64,000 nt of DNA from Octopus vulgaris (Eukaryota). Both the position numbers and the translations under genes were made by a program. This document shows, piece after piece, positions 39,470 through 53,762 of this stretch. Under the pieces are notes generated by a model, which worked only from the letters and a program-made list of their open reading frames with translations, made no database searches and was not told the origin of the DNA. The first letter of the stretch is position 1; each line of letters starts with the position of its first letter. The DNA is taken from NCBI GenBank assembly GCA_951406725.2, contig OX597818.1:7254001-7318000 (forward strand). Reading direction: 5' to 3'.

Positions 39470-40560
39470 AACGGAAAGTTGATGGAGTGGAAAATTATAC
39501 AATACAAAAGATGATTAAAAGAAAATGAAAGTAAGATTCAGCGATTCAGTTTATCGCTCGGAGGGAGAGGTGTCAAATATGCAACCATGTGGTTGCTGTT
39601 CGTCTCCTTAGAAGTGGCTTGTGAATTTGCGAGCCAGCCCCTGGAGGGCAATGAAATTTTGTTTCTTCCCACTTATTGTGGGAAGAAGTTGACGAGGGCT
39701 TGGGTTTGCGGCTTGTCACCCGGAGTTGAGCCAGAGTGGATAGGAGATACTATCCGCCAGGGTCTAGGTGGCAAGCTCCTCAACGTAAATATTCTGCCTG
39801 CGCCTGACTGGGAGAGATAATTTTTTTTTTTACCCTATTGTCCCAGTCAGCCTGGAGCCTGGCCTTATAAAAAAGAACTGTCCTCGAGGGCAAAGCAAAA
39901 TCCTTGAGCGGTTAACGGAGACCTCTGTGGAAGAGGGAATGAAGGCGGCCGAGGAGTCTGAGAACTCCTCAAAGAAGAGCCGCAAAAGGAAGAAGGTGAG
40001 AAATAATGGGTGCTTACCGAAGGATCCTGGGGATGAGGGAAGGGAGGCGAATCTCTCGGTCATGGAGGAGACGCACCCTCATCCAGTCGAGAAGAAAACA
40101 AATCGGAAGAGGAGAAACGGGACATTGCCGGCAGTCGGAGATATAGCACCGGAGTGTCCCGAAGCCTCGTCGGTTGTGCTACCGGGGTGGGGGAGACACA
40201 ATTGGCGAGAATTGTGCCGACAAAGTTAGAAATGAACTCCCTCGGACCCGGCGGACGAAGAACTGTAGGTCTTCTGTTATAGAGGCGGAGTGGTGGAAAA
40301 GTTGGTGGAAGAACACGACGAGGGAGTACCTTTGGCCTTCACACGGGATCTCGAATGGCCTCCGCAGATAGCTGTGGAGGTCATAACGTTGCGCATGTTA
40401 CATAGGCTGGAGGGAATAAAAGAGGAATATCGCTTGTGGCAGGATGACGCCAGCTCGGAGCACGCCTTGGTTTTAGAACAAGCATGGACGATGGTGGAAT
40501 ATTCGGACACAAGCGATGATGTAGGGGAAAATTGACAAGAGGTTGAAAAGCCTCAGTGTT
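39470..40560 (+). pseudogene. Degenerate retroelement ORF1-like remnant
   Basis: GC-richer coding-like segment spread over broken ORFs (39587, 39927, 40290); resembles 1560-2230. Confidence 0.4.
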
Positions 40561-40859
40561 ATAAAGTGTAAGAGGCTCAGTGCCTCCTTTGTAAATGGAC
40601 TAGTGCTTATTGTATATTGAATATTTTATTATTTGTAATGGACTATTAATTGTAAAAAATGTCGTGAGAGGTTCAATACCTCGTTTTGTTTTTTTCTGTT
40701 GAAAAAAAGAAGAATAATGTTTTAGAGAAGCAGAAATCGACGGGTGTTTTTTGTCTTCTACCATCAATATCATCCTTGTTTCATCATTCACCTCATCAAT
40801 GTATGTGTCCAGCCCGCAAGCTACTATTTGTAATGCTTTTATGGCAAATCTTAATGAAA

Positions 40860-41002
40860 TAAAGTAGCTTGCTTACCAACCACATGGTACCGGGTTCAGT
40901 CCCACTGCGTGTCATCTTGAGAAAGTGTCTTACACTATAGCCTCGGGCTGTCCAAATCCTTGTGAGTGGATTTGGTAAACGGAAACTGAAAGAAGTCTGT
41001 CC

Positions 41003-41074
<72 letters not shown>

Positions 41075-41310
41075 CATTATGTGTGTGTGTGTATGTATTA
41101 TGTGGGTGTGTATCTGTATTTGTCTTCCCAACATCGCTCGACAACTGATGATGGTGTGTTTATGTCCCCGTAACTTAGCTTTTCAGCAAAATTGACCGAT
41201 AGAATAAGTACTAGGCTTATAAAGAATAAGTCCTGGGATTGATTTGCTCGACTTAAGGCGGAGATCCTGCATGGCCGCTGTCAAATAATAGAAACAAGTA
41301 AAAGAATTAA
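40860..41310 (+). mobile_element. SINE family B copy with central (TA)/(TG) microsatellite, 5'-truncated
   Basis: GGGTTCAGTCCCACTGCGTG B-box; GTGAGTGGATTTGG; tail GACCGATAGAATAAGTACTAGGC...GAAACAAGTAAAAGA. Confidence 0.8.
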
Positions 41311-44300
41311 AGACTATATACATATATTATATATATATATATACATATATAACAATACAATGGATTTAAATAGTATAGTGAGAATCAACGGGCAAATTAT
41401 TCAATAATCAATTCCAAATGATTGAACAAGCTGTTCTCATTTTTAAATCCATGCAATTTTCAATAAACTCAATAACAATTCACAAAGTATTAAATAATTT
41501 TGACGTAAATTTGTTTTGAAAAAATGCAGTTTTATGCTTTGAAACAAAATACTTATAATTTTTGTTATTTAGAATAAGTTCAGGTAAGCCTCTTTAGATT
41601 TTACGGAACACAGACGAAATGAATCGCCAATAAAAGCTTAACATAAAACAAGATTAAATATATAAATTAATGTAGAAAATTATTATCGGTAAGAAATGCA
41701 GAAGCTGTGTAGCACAGGTATGCGATGTGTTATATGACATGGAGGTGTGTGAAAAAATCCAAGAAGTTGTTTAGATGTGGTCTGAAAGCGAGAAACTTTT
41801 GAAAGGAATTGTATATTCATTGCCAACACATAACACATATATCAGATTTACAAAAAATAGAAATTAAAGAAATCATGAAAGGTAGATAAGTAATATGTGT
41901 GTGGAAGGAAGAGTGGGTGAAGTTGTGGAGAAAATATTGATGTGATATTAATGGATTACTGTTTCAGATGATGAATTATACACCTGTTTCGTAGTGAATT
42001 CACAGATCACAATGTGCTCAAAGTTAATGCGAAAAACATGGCATGAAATGTTGGGAAGCCATAGAAACGGAGAATCGAAGACTTCTGTATATGCCCTTAG
42101 CTCAACTTATATAATGGGTGATGAAATTTGTGTAAAAGTCATGCAAGAATAAAATGCGGCGATTCAAAGGCATTCATAAGTCGGAGAGAAAATAAACCTA
42201 TTCTAACATATAATAATAACAATTACAGTTGTTGAGAGAGGAGAGTAACTAAGCATATCATCAGTTCGACTGAAAAGCCTCACAACACAGGAAAAATTCA
42301 TCTAGGAGTTCAATGTTTCCTACTTTCAGTTGAAAATTCACACGTAACGGAAATCTGAAGGAATAAGAGATGGCAGCTAAGTTTGTATTAGCTTGAAATG
42401 GGAAACCTGACTAATAGATCTTGAAATATACAGAAAAGATTATTTCAGTCTTCAAAGATATTTAACAGGCTAGGCCCAAACCCTTTTCTGGATATTTAGA
42501 TGAATTTTACGCAGGTGACGTCTTATCTTAAAGTCGTTTTCTATTGTTCCACTATAAGCTTTTTATGTATGATTATTATTAATTTGAATCTTAACTTTAT
42601 ATACATCACCTTTGATCATGTAGTTTCCATTAAGCGGGCAGCTATTGTTCTACGCAATTATATTTATGATCTTGCTTATTTTCATTAGTTTCAGAGAGTT
42701 GTTCTCCATTATTTCGGTTTGTCAACAATGTGAAATTATTGCTCGAATAATCAGTACTCCTACTGATTATTCTACAATACCTGTATCTAATGGAAATTCC
42801 TTTGATATCATCTATAAGGATTCTTCAGCTAAATTTGCCGTTACATTCGTATTGAATGTCAGATTAAACAATACCACTGTTCTGGTTATTTTCCTGTAAA
42901 ACCTCCTGCGGTTTTCTTCAGTGCTCACTTAATACATTTCTTCTGTGAACTCGTGGCTCTTACGGGCATTTCTGCAGTATGGCGATGTCTTTATGAATGC
43001 CCTCTCATCCATTCTCCGCGACGATATTTGGTTATTGATATTATGACCTAATATTCTAATGAATATACGCGGGTGTTTGGAGTTTTATCACTATGAAATA
43101 GTGCTTATTGTAAATAATAGGGCTTATTTTAAATAAAAGCTTTAACATTCAGATCTAATGAAACGTCTAAGACTCTGACGCAGTTAAATTTCATATTAAC
43201 AAAGATATTTAAACTGAAAAGAGCATGATTAAGCCCATCATAAACCTAATGCATCTCCGTTCATATTGCATGTAACAATAAACTGCTAGACATACACACT
43301 GGCTGATGTGTGGAAATTTCATATGCCTAGTATCTAGAAAATATTTACCTATGAGCAGGTATAATTAGACTTTGTCAAATGCAATTAGACAAGTATTGAA
43401 GAGTATTGAAGAGTATTGAGTTCATCTTCGTTTTAGTTAGCCAAGTAAATTCAGGGAAAATCTTGATTATAATAATTTCACATACAGTCAGTCGCTTTAT
43501 TCATTGACTTTACTATATGAGGAGTTCTTGTGCAATCTGTTTAAAAGTTTATTAAAACAATTTACCAACAGATTCTCACTTGGTTTTCTTTTGTACGAGG
43601 TGGCATTCATGTTGAAAATTTTCTAAAATTTGTGTGTCGCTGTGAGGTACTGTTACAATATATCGTGCTTCGAGAAATTCACATCCGTAACGACAATTGG
43701 TAATCGCATCGAATATTTCGTCGAGGAATATATTGTACTGCTTTAGGACATGTTGATTTCTCACACATGCAAAACTAGAAGTTACATAAGTACATAAATA
43801 TGGTGAGTTTTTGTCAACAGCTTTCCAAGTTAGGCTTTTTCATAATCTTGCTGTGTAAGCTTTCTCGGTACATGGAATGTTACCTCTGGATCTAAATTCG
43901 GGCAAATGTTACCAATATTCCAATTATTAGAGACATGCCCCGTGTATTTACCATTAGTTTGAGCTTCGGGAAATATGTATGGCATGTATAAAATGGAGAA
44001 TTATTCAATGGACAAGTAGCTAGACTGCATCAATCGCCGGTGGAACGATAATTTAGTAGCTTGTGTTGTGTAACGCATTGTTGTCTAAACAAGGACAGAT
44101 AAAACAAACATGATGTTCTTTGGAAAGAGTTTTGTAATTGTATGTAGTCGGGGAGTTCTATACTTCGAGGTGCAGAAAATTTTTATTAATATTTGCAGTG
44201 ACCTGTGTAGGTAGTTAATTCTGGTTACTTTCAATTTCTTGCTTCTATCAGGATCTGAGAGTACTATAGTTTATCATTTTATAAAGTCTACTTTATGAAT

Positions 44301-45209
44301 GAGGATAAAACTGAGCAGGTCCTTGTCACAATAGGGCTCTGGGCAATCAAAAATTTTCCTATGGCAGGAGAAACTACAAACTTCCTTGCCCATGCATGTT
44401 AATTGGCAGCAGATTATAGCTGATGGGTTGATTGTAATTTTTATTTATATATATACATGCGTATATGTAGTATTCGTATATTTGCATTTTATGCAATCTC
44501 AAGTCTTAAGATATTATATAATACAACAATAAATCAACTGTAACTTACTTTATGAGAAAAAAAAGGTATTATTTAAACCAATTAATTCGATTTTCCTCTC
44601 ATATGTTATATCGAATCTATCCAGAATCATGCAATTCATGCAGTATGAGACTGGCAATCTGTCATCTCTATACAAATCTCATATATTAGAAACGGATCAC
44701 CTAGATTAACGCAGTTAAACTGACAGTTACCTCCTGCTAGTCATTACGCCCATAGAGAAGTGAAAGTGCAATATTCATCTGTTTTGGCCGAGGACCAATT
44801 GTCGTAGTTACATCATTTTGATCGTTATTTTGTTATATCGATGTCACTCTTTTAAGTAAGTTGTTCTCCGATGTCATAAAATCATATTCAGTGTTGGTAA
44901 TTAGGAGAGAAATTGTACAATTATCCTACTCTAAGATCATTGTTCTTTGAGTATTTACTACGTAACTGTAAACTCTGCTTGTTTGTGAAGTTAATTTTCT
45001 TTTAGCTATCAGTCAATATATCCCTAATTATTTACAAATATGAGCATTTCTCATCCGTCATATACAATTAAACCGCCATATTTAGACCATCGATATTTAA
45101 GCACAAAAAATAGTAATATAGAATTTCAAAACACACACTCAGAGACTGCGTGTCAATTGAGAAAAAAAAACACAGCTTTTTGCTACACTTATATAGACTT
45201 TATATATAA

Positions 45210-45235
45210 CTAGCAGTATTGCCCGGCTTTGTGTG
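45210..45235 (-). mobile_element. Helitron 3' terminus (extent of element uncertain)
   Basis: Reverse complement GCCGGGCAATACTGCTAG-T matches the end of the 55384-55781 element. Confidence 0.55.
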
Positions 45236-46125
45236 ACTATTAATCGCACTGAGGAAAATCGATTAATCTGCGAGTGCAAAATCAATAGTTTCTTACACAA
45301 TGTACGTACGTGCTCTCGTACGTTCTATGCACGCGCGAATTAAGCTAAACTTGGATGAAGTTCAATCAAAATTCAATTATTTTGGTTTTAAAATCAAGCA
45401 TTTAATGCCCTCTATTTTTGCGCTTATGTGTTCCATTTCCTCAATAGGAAGTGCGTAGAAGCGTTTCTTAAATTTTTGTTGATCAAATAATTGCATTGTT
45501 GAATTATTCTTTTAGATCAGTATTTCTCAACGGAGATTTCAGGGGAGAGTTTGAGGGAGTCGCTGTCGATGTATCGTGATGATCAAAAATCCGGCCTGCT
45601 AAAATTTGGTTAAAGTGATTCAAACTGCAGTCTCAACACAAAATGGTCACATTTAATTCAAAGCGTTAAAAATGTTATGAAAACAATTGGTATATGTTCA
45701 CAAAGTCCAAACGATTAATATGAAAAAACCTTCCTAGCTACATCCTGAAAATTCATTTCTTTGTCGAATTTCTACAATGTTTACGGCGATTGTTTTTATA
45801 TCTTGATTTTTTATTTGTCATGCAATTTACGCATGCTTGCACGCGTGGTGAACACAGTTCACGTCAAACAGCTGACTGAGTAAAGTTCACTATTCAATGC
45901 ATAGGATAAGGCCTAAACAAACATATTATCGATTTTTGCACTTGCGAGATGAATTTCGGAACAGAAATAGCGCAGTTCAGTTTTCATTCGCCTAAACTTT
46001 AAGTGACCCATTTTTGGTGGTTCTACGATTTGTTGGCTAGGAAGAGATGTGCCGGGAATTTAAACACAGACATACACACAGATACACACACAGACACACA
46101 AGTTGAGCTTTATATATATAGATAT

Positions 46126-46545
46126 AGGTGCAGGCATGGCTGTGTGGTAAGAAGCTTGCTTCCCAACTACATGGTTTCGGGTTCAGTCCCAGTCCGTGGC
46201 ACCTTGGGCAAGTGTCTTCTAATAATGCCTCGAGCCGAACAAAGCTTTGTGAGTGGATTTTGCAGACGGAAACTAAAAGAAGCACGCCGTGTATATATAT
46301 ATATATAACATATATATATATATTATATATATCTTTGCATGCCTATATTTGACTCCCCGCCCTCGCTTGACACCCGATATTGGTGTGTTTACATCCCCGT
46401 TACTTAACGGTTGGGCAAAAGTGACCGATAGAATAATTACTAGTCGTACAAAAGAATAAGTCATGGGGTTTTATTGTTCGACAAAAGGTGGTATTGCAGC
46501 ATGGCCGCAGTCAGTTTATTGAAACAAGTAAAAGAATATAAGAAT
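46126..46545 (+). mobile_element. SINE family B copy
   Basis: AGGTGCAGGCATGGCTGTGTGGTAAG head, B-box GGTTCAGTCC, central (TA)n, conserved tail. Confidence 0.82.
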
Positions 46546-47880
46546 AAAAGAATTCAAATGTGAAAGATTATTGGGCAAAGGTTTCCCATGCAAAATATAA
46601 GCCAATTTACTAATCAATAAATCAATCCGTCAATCATTTATAATCAATGACGTACAGCTAATTCTTAAATTGTGTTAAGCCTGCTCTTTGATGTAATGGC
46701 CTACAACTGAGTATCTGCAGTCCCTGAACATCATTGTATCTTATTTTGTTTGCTTTTACATAACGTTTCGTACTTTTGTATATTTTTGGTCAATATTATA
46801 CAGTATAAAAGTCAGCGACAATTTATAAGAGTCACTTCCAGTTATTATGTACAAATTTACATCCATTTTTTTTTTATTTGTTTAAATAATTATTTTCCGA
46901 CTATACATTGTTAAATAGTTTAGATTAATTACTGTGATTTTGTAGGTGAATTTAAATTCTAATGAGCTATAAATATCGCCAGTCCCATTTCTTAAAAAGA
47001 AAAAACCTAGTTTCGTTGCAAGTAATATGCTGTGCTATAATCATGTTAACTATATATACATTACTGAGGTACTGTGACGGTGACATGGTACCAATTAAAA
47101 TACAATGCATGCCATAAAATTTAAATCGTCGAATCAATGTTGATGAATATCATTTTTCCTTCACTGCACATACTGATCAAACTGTACATACGATTAATCG
47201 CTCCAGTGTATTAGGACGTCACAAAACTGAAACGAAGTATGCTATTCGCTTCACAGGCGGCTTTCTTTCTGATTCATTATAGATACTTTAAGATGTTATT
47301 TATTGATATGATGATGTTTATGCTATTTATAAAGGAAAAGGTTAACCCAAATCGCATTCTGATTTATTTATATTTTATAATACACGTTAGAATATCGCCT
47401 GAAAAAGCGCAGATCAATTAGAGTATCGGTATGCTAATTACTAAACTAGAAACTAATTACTCGCTCATTGGTTTGGAAATAAACAAAAACATACTGCTGC
47501 ATATTATATTTCATTACTTTTTTTTTGTTTTCGACGCTTCTTTGAACCTATTTGATGTCTGGTAGTTACTGAATACAAGTCTGCCTACATTAAATAACTT
47601 TCGTCTTTCTTCTATGCAACATTCGTTTACTTGTTTTCAGTATTTTGTATGCATTGATAGTTAAGACTAGGCTTTGAAAGAAAAATACTGTACCGGCTGT
47701 GGGAGTGAGTCATAGTCTAGCCTGTGATTATGCAAAAATTAAGGCTAGCAAAAGAATCACTATAATATGTCTTTCAAAATATTTAGAATCCAATTTAAGC
47801 GTGTACGCCATTAATTGTTTAATTGTTGAATACTTAAATCAAAATCCATAAGAACGTAAGAATCATGCCTGATTTTCAGA

Positions 47881-48011
47881 TAAACTAATAAGTAGTGGTG
47901 GAAGGTGTGTGAAGTTGAAGCTCAAGCATAGATTACTATTATCAACAGTTGCCTATTTCTATGCATTCAACAAATCCCTGCGTTTTGTAATCCAAACCTA
48001 ATATATGTATG

Positions 48012-48045
<34 letters not shown>

Positions 48046-48081
48046 TGTATGTATGTATGTATGTATATATATATATAAATG

Positions 48082-48138
<57 letters not shown>

Positions 48139-48142
48139 GTAT

Positions 48143-48212
<70 letters not shown>

Positions 48213-48454
48213 GAATATATATATACATACATACACATATAGATACACACATACATACATACATACATACATACATACATACATACATACATACATACAT
48301 ACATACGTACATACATATATATATAAACTAATAAGTAGTGGTGGAAGGTGTGTGAAGTTGAAGCTCAAGCATAGATTACTATTATCAACAGTTGCCTATT
48401 TCTATGCATTCAACAAATCCCTGCGTTTTGTAATCCAAACCTAATATATGTATG

Positions 48455-48488
<34 letters not shown>

Positions 48489-48526
48489 TGTATGTATGTA
48501 TGTATGTATATATATATAAATGTATG

Positions 48527-48581
<55 letters not shown>

Positions 48582-48585
48582 GTAT

Positions 48586-48639
<54 letters not shown>

Positions 48640-48702
48640 GAATATATATATACATACATACACATATAGATACACACATACATACATACATACATACATA
48701 CA

Positions 48703-48735
<33 letters not shown>
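47881..48735. repeat. Tandem duplication, unit about 443 bp (about 120 bp unique plus compound microsatellite)
   Basis: TAAACTAATAAGTAGTGG...CCAAACCTAATATATG identical at 47881 and 48324. Confidence 0.93.
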
Positions 48736-48777
<42 letters not shown>

Positions 48778-50009
48778 TGGTTATGAACGTCATAAATGAT
48801 GTACTCAGTTTTTGTATCTACAAAAGAAATGTTGGTGATTAATTCACATACGGTTCATATAGTCTTAATCATTATTAAAATCTTTAGAGAATTTATGAGT
48901 AGGCTTCTTCAAAACTATTGCCATTAATAATTTTCGTCATCCTATAGATTCACTGGTGGAATAGCTTCTACATGGCTACAAACAAATTAAATCTTTACAA
49001 TTGACTGGTTTGTAATCCGAGATTCTGGAACCCATTGAAGCATCTTTTACTGTGATGTGTATGTACATGAATTGATTAAGTCTATGTGTTTATCCAAGTC
49101 TGCTTAGGCAAATATCTCATCTGAATATCTCCAGTTTTAGTCGAATAGGGAAAAGAAAAGTAAATTTAAAACAAACAACTCTTAGCATTATTAGAGGACA
49201 TCTATTCACATCTACTCCGATATGACCTCCAGTTATATTCAGTCTAACCCAATTTTTCCCTGTTTGGAATATTGTGTGTAGAAAGTTCGTTCCCCAATGC
49301 CATCAAGTACGCAAATATCGTTTGAAGACGCGCGCGCGCGAATATATATGTAAGTATGTATATAGTGTAATGAGAAGCAAGTTGACAAATCAATTTGCAT
49401 AGAATGTTAAATACATTTAATAGAAAGAATGTACGAGCATATGAATATAAAATTGTCCAACTTACAGAACATAAATGATATCAGGAGTTATATGGGTAGA
49501 GTTTTACGAGTCCAACAGCTGTTTTGGGGGTCTTGGTGGTCCGGAATAATGGTAGATCTTGGATCCATTATCGGATAACATAGCTTTCTTCTTCGGGGAA
49601 GAATCTTATGTTGGAGAATTTTACATTTGAGGTGTTGACAGGATGGAGTTTAAGAGTGAGAAAGAGAGGAAGAGAGAGATAGAGAGAGATGGGGATACAT
49701 ATAGTTTGTATGTCTGTATGTGTGTTTCTATGTGCGTGGTGCCTCTGAGTATGTGTGTATGTGTGTGTATGTATGTGTGTGTATGTTTATGTGCGTGTAT
49801 GTGTGCGCGCGCGCGCTTATGTGTTTGCGTGTGAATGTGTGCTTGCGTTCTTGTGTACTTGAGCTCATAATTTGCATATTCGGCACCATGTCGTCGCCGT
49901 GTCTCAAATATGTAAGGGGCCTTTCTCCCGATTTCCTTCTTTGAAACCTAAATTACATAGCATACATCTGTTTCTTTTTGTACGTGATTTTAATTGAATG
50001 AAGAAGCAG

Positions 50010-50948
50010 ACCGAACTCAACTCCAGTCTGATCTATATGCTGTGAGTCAATGGGCAGACAGAAACAAAATGCAACTGAATGAGGGAAAATTTGAGCTGAT
50101 GCATTTTGGAAGAAATTCCTCACTAAAACAGCCATAATCTCTTCCTTCAGGGGAACCGCTCACAGCCTCTAACAATATCAGAGACCTGGGTGTAATTGTT
50201 GATGACGATCTCAGTTGGAGTGTACACATCAACAAGAAGGTTGATATAGCTCGTAGGATGAGTTCCTGGATCTTAAGAACTTTCCGGTGCAGAGAACAAG
50301 GTGTCATCATACCACTTTTCTCCTCCTTTGTACGGCCACACCTCGAATATTGCTGCCCACTGTGGTCTCCCCATACAAGACAAAACATCTCCAGGATTGA
50401 GTCACGCTAGAGGGCACTCACTAAACAAATTGAAGGCATGGCTGTTCTCGATTATTGGGATCGCCTTAAAGCCTTGAAACTTTACTCTCTCCAGCGTCGC
50501 CGTGAGCGGTACATCATTTGTACGATGTGGAGAATATACCGCCAACTTTGCCCAAACGACCTTAACATTAGCTTCAAGGTTCATCCAAGACTGGGACCAC
50601 GGGCCATACGTCCCCTGCCCAATTCAAGATCACAGCATACATGTACACTGCAACATAATTTCTTTTCCTCAACAGGCCCTGCCCTATTTAACATTGTCCC
50701 GAGGGAGATCAAAGAGGAAAAGGATCCCATCAACTTTAAACGGAGTCTGGATAGATTCCTTCAAAGAATACCTGATAAGCCACCCATAATTGGATACAAC
50801 TCACCCAACAAGAACTCACTACTTGAATGGACCATAAACAAAACTTGACTTAAACAGGATTCGAATAATCCTATCAGGTGGTGCTATTAAGTTAGGCATG
50901 GCCTGGACCAATCTTTGGTCGAAACATATCTAAAGTTCATCTAAGTTT
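50010..50948 (+). mobile_element. 5'-truncated CR1/L2-group LINE (ORF2 C-terminus and 3' UTR)
   Basis: IRDLGVIVDDDLSW...FVRPHLEYCCPLWSP...YWDRLKALKLYSLQRRRER; ends in a short ATCTAA(A)GTT tandem tail. Confidence 0.88.
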
Positions 50949-51754
50949 AATATAAATTTAATTAATTCCTGAAGTGTATGTAAAACAAGAATTTTTCAAG
51001 TCTGAGAGATTTGTGTCTTCAAAAAACAATATTCTAATTTTTCATTTCTAAATACATATTGTGATTTCTCAATTGATATGTCACACATAAAGCAGGAACA
51101 ATTTGAAGAGAGAAATAATTTTGTCAGAAATAGCCAGGAGAAAGACGAAGGCATTTCTCTTCTGATGTATGTTGGCTTATGAAAGGATGTCAGTTTATTC
51201 TATTACTTGAGTTTTCAACATAAAGGTGAACAGGACAAAAGAAAGAAATGCTTTTGTCAGTTTCATTTCAATAACCCTTATGACTCTTTATGAAATTTGC
51301 TGATTGTTATAGAAAATGAAAGTGTTATTGGAAACTAAAGGCAATTGGATTAAAACGGTATATCTAATAGCAGGAAGAGAATGCGTGGGATGAATTTATC
51401 TCTCTTGGCTTCGAACATATGAGATATGAATAGTTTTGCAGGATTGACTACACGGAGAGAAGCAAGTGCCATTATAGTTACTTTTAGAACAGGTACAAAG
51501 AGGATGCAGCACACATTTATGTCGAATGTTGGGGCGTATCTGTGAATCGTTTTGTGCGAATCAGGCGAATGGAACTTTTCTGGGTGCAATCTAGAATTTC
51601 TCTTCTAGTAGTAACACCATTTCAGATATTAGAGGTATCCTTTATTCTGGGTTTCACAGGAGCTTTTAAAACTATTTAATAATTAGTGGGGTTAAAGTGT
51701 CTTTAAAGGGATGCGTCAGTCACTGGGAAGCAGTTTCAACTTAAAATTTAAATT

Positions 51755-52089
51755 AAATACCAGCACGCAACTGGTACTTTATTTATCCACCTCGAAGGAT
51801 GAAAGCAAAGTCGACTTTGGTGGAATTTGAAATCAGAAGATAAAGACAGACGAAATATCTATTTCTTTATTACCCACAAGGGGCTAAACACAGAAGGGAC
51901 AAACAAGGACAGACAAACGGATTGAGTCGATTACATCGACCCCAGTGCGTAAATGGTGCTTATTTAATCGACCCCGAAAGGATGAAAGGCAAAGTCGACC
52001 TCGGCGAATTTGAACTCAGAACGTAGCGGCAGACGAAATACCGCTAAGCATTTCTCCCGGCGTGCTAACGTTTCTGCCAGCTCACCGCC
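51755..52089 (-). mobile_element. SINE family A: full copy (51860-52089) plus adjacent partial copy
   Basis: Well-preserved reverse complement of GGCGGTGAGCTGGCAGAAACGTTAGCACGCCGGG. Confidence 0.85.
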
Positions 52090-52523
52090 CTTAAATATAT
52101 AAGTATTGTCTTACTTCTACTTGCAGCATTGTCTTTCTACAACGGCTGGCAATATCTTTTGATACTGGAGTTGACTTATATATTTTATACTCTCATTACA
52201 AAATTATCAAATTTATTGAAATAACTGAACACAGATAAATAAAAGCAAAAATGTTAATATAAACTATTTCAATTACATTCTTATTCCCTATCTCTCGTTC
52301 TCTCTTGTCGACGCAATCAGTTTCACATAATTCTTTAATTCACTTTGATAAAGAGTTTAAGCTGAAATTTTAGACGGGGTCGTCGCATGACTTTTAGAGG
52401 GCCCCTGCAACTTTTTGTTTTGCTATATAAAAAATGTTATCTCCAGTTTTTATTGCCTTAGGTGGTCATAGGCCACTGTTCTGAGTACAAAGTGACCAGC
52501 TTTTCAACAACGTCATATATATA

Positions 52524-52702
52524 TACATATATATGCATATACACATGCATATATGGTTATAGGACGTCATAGAATGTAAGCAAAATGAAATACGAAATAT
52601 GAAAACATGGAATATGAACTTGTTTTGCGAACGAAAGAATCAAATGGAAAACAAGATAAGCAACATAAGTTGCTTCATCAGTTGCCGGCTTTTTTATCTA
52701 CT

Positions 52703-52743
<41 letters not shown>

Positions 52744-53065
52744 AGAAATACAAAATGGCTGACGGTTAGTAAGGAGAGACACAAGTAAGTGAGAAGAAAA
52801 CAAAGGACCACTGATGAGGTCACAGGAGTGTGACGAAAGAACTTTGGCCGAAATAAGATTAAGATTAATGTAAATAATAAATATCACTGAAGCAAAATAA
52901 CACCAAATATATAGTGCGTGTGTTTTTATTGGCTAAACTGGCAATATGACCATTCCGAAATATAACAATATCTGTTTCAACACACGACTTCACATAAAAA
53001 ATCTTGCACAACAAATATTTAAATGCACATATATATAAAAAATCTTGCACAACAAATATTTAAAC

Positions 53066-53114
<49 letters not shown>

Positions 53115-53160
53115 AATAAATGAAAGAATGGAGTTGAACGACGAATTAACAATATATATT

Positions 53161-53209
<49 letters not shown>

Positions 53210-53393
53210 AGTAGATAAAACAGCCGGCAACTGATGAAGGGTCGTTCTTTATGTTGCTTATCTTGTTTTCCATTTGATTCTTTCGTTCGCAAAACAAGTT
53301 CATATTCCATGTTTTCATATTTCGTATTTCATTTTGCTTACATTCTATGACGTCCTATAACCATATATGCATGTGTATATGCATATATATGTA
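52524..53393. repeat. About 200-bp inverted repeat (52524-52740 / 53175-53393) of a Penelope-type repeat
   Basis: Arms nearly identical (one small indel region, one substitution); each arm has CTGATGAAG; a hammerhead-like motif lies in the spacer. Confidence 0.9.
52805..52849 (+). ncRNA. Candidate minimal type I hammerhead ribozyme (degenerate)
   Basis: GGACCA-CTGATGA-G-GTCAC-aggagt-GTGAC-GAAAG-aa-CTT-TGGCC. Confidence 0.5.
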
Positions 53394-53516
53394 AGAATGT
53401 ACTTATATGTATGTATACATGCATATATATATGTATGCATATACATATAATTTATATTAATATATGATTGAATGCCACGCGTCCATTTCCCAGAAATTTT
53501 TATCTATATCTATCTG

Positions 53517-53605
<89 letters not shown>

Positions 53606-53674
53606 ATATATATATATATATATAAATATATATATGTATATGTATATGTATATATATATGTATATATATATATG

Positions 53675-53712
<38 letters not shown>

Positions 53713-53719
53713 AGTGTGA

Positions 53720-53762
<43 letters not shown>

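Noticed and set aside
41573-41583. Possible 11-nt microexon (tttag|AATAAGTTCAG|gtaag)
   Set aside because: Such motifs occur by chance in AT-rich DNA; no gene context
41690-44400. Non-repetitive stretch that may be an old TE or gene remnant
   Set aside because: No diagnostic motif recoverable by eye; frames are full of stops
51860-52089. tRNA-like sequence as a tRNA gene
   Set aside because: SINE head; multicopy with a shared body and no clean cloverleaf
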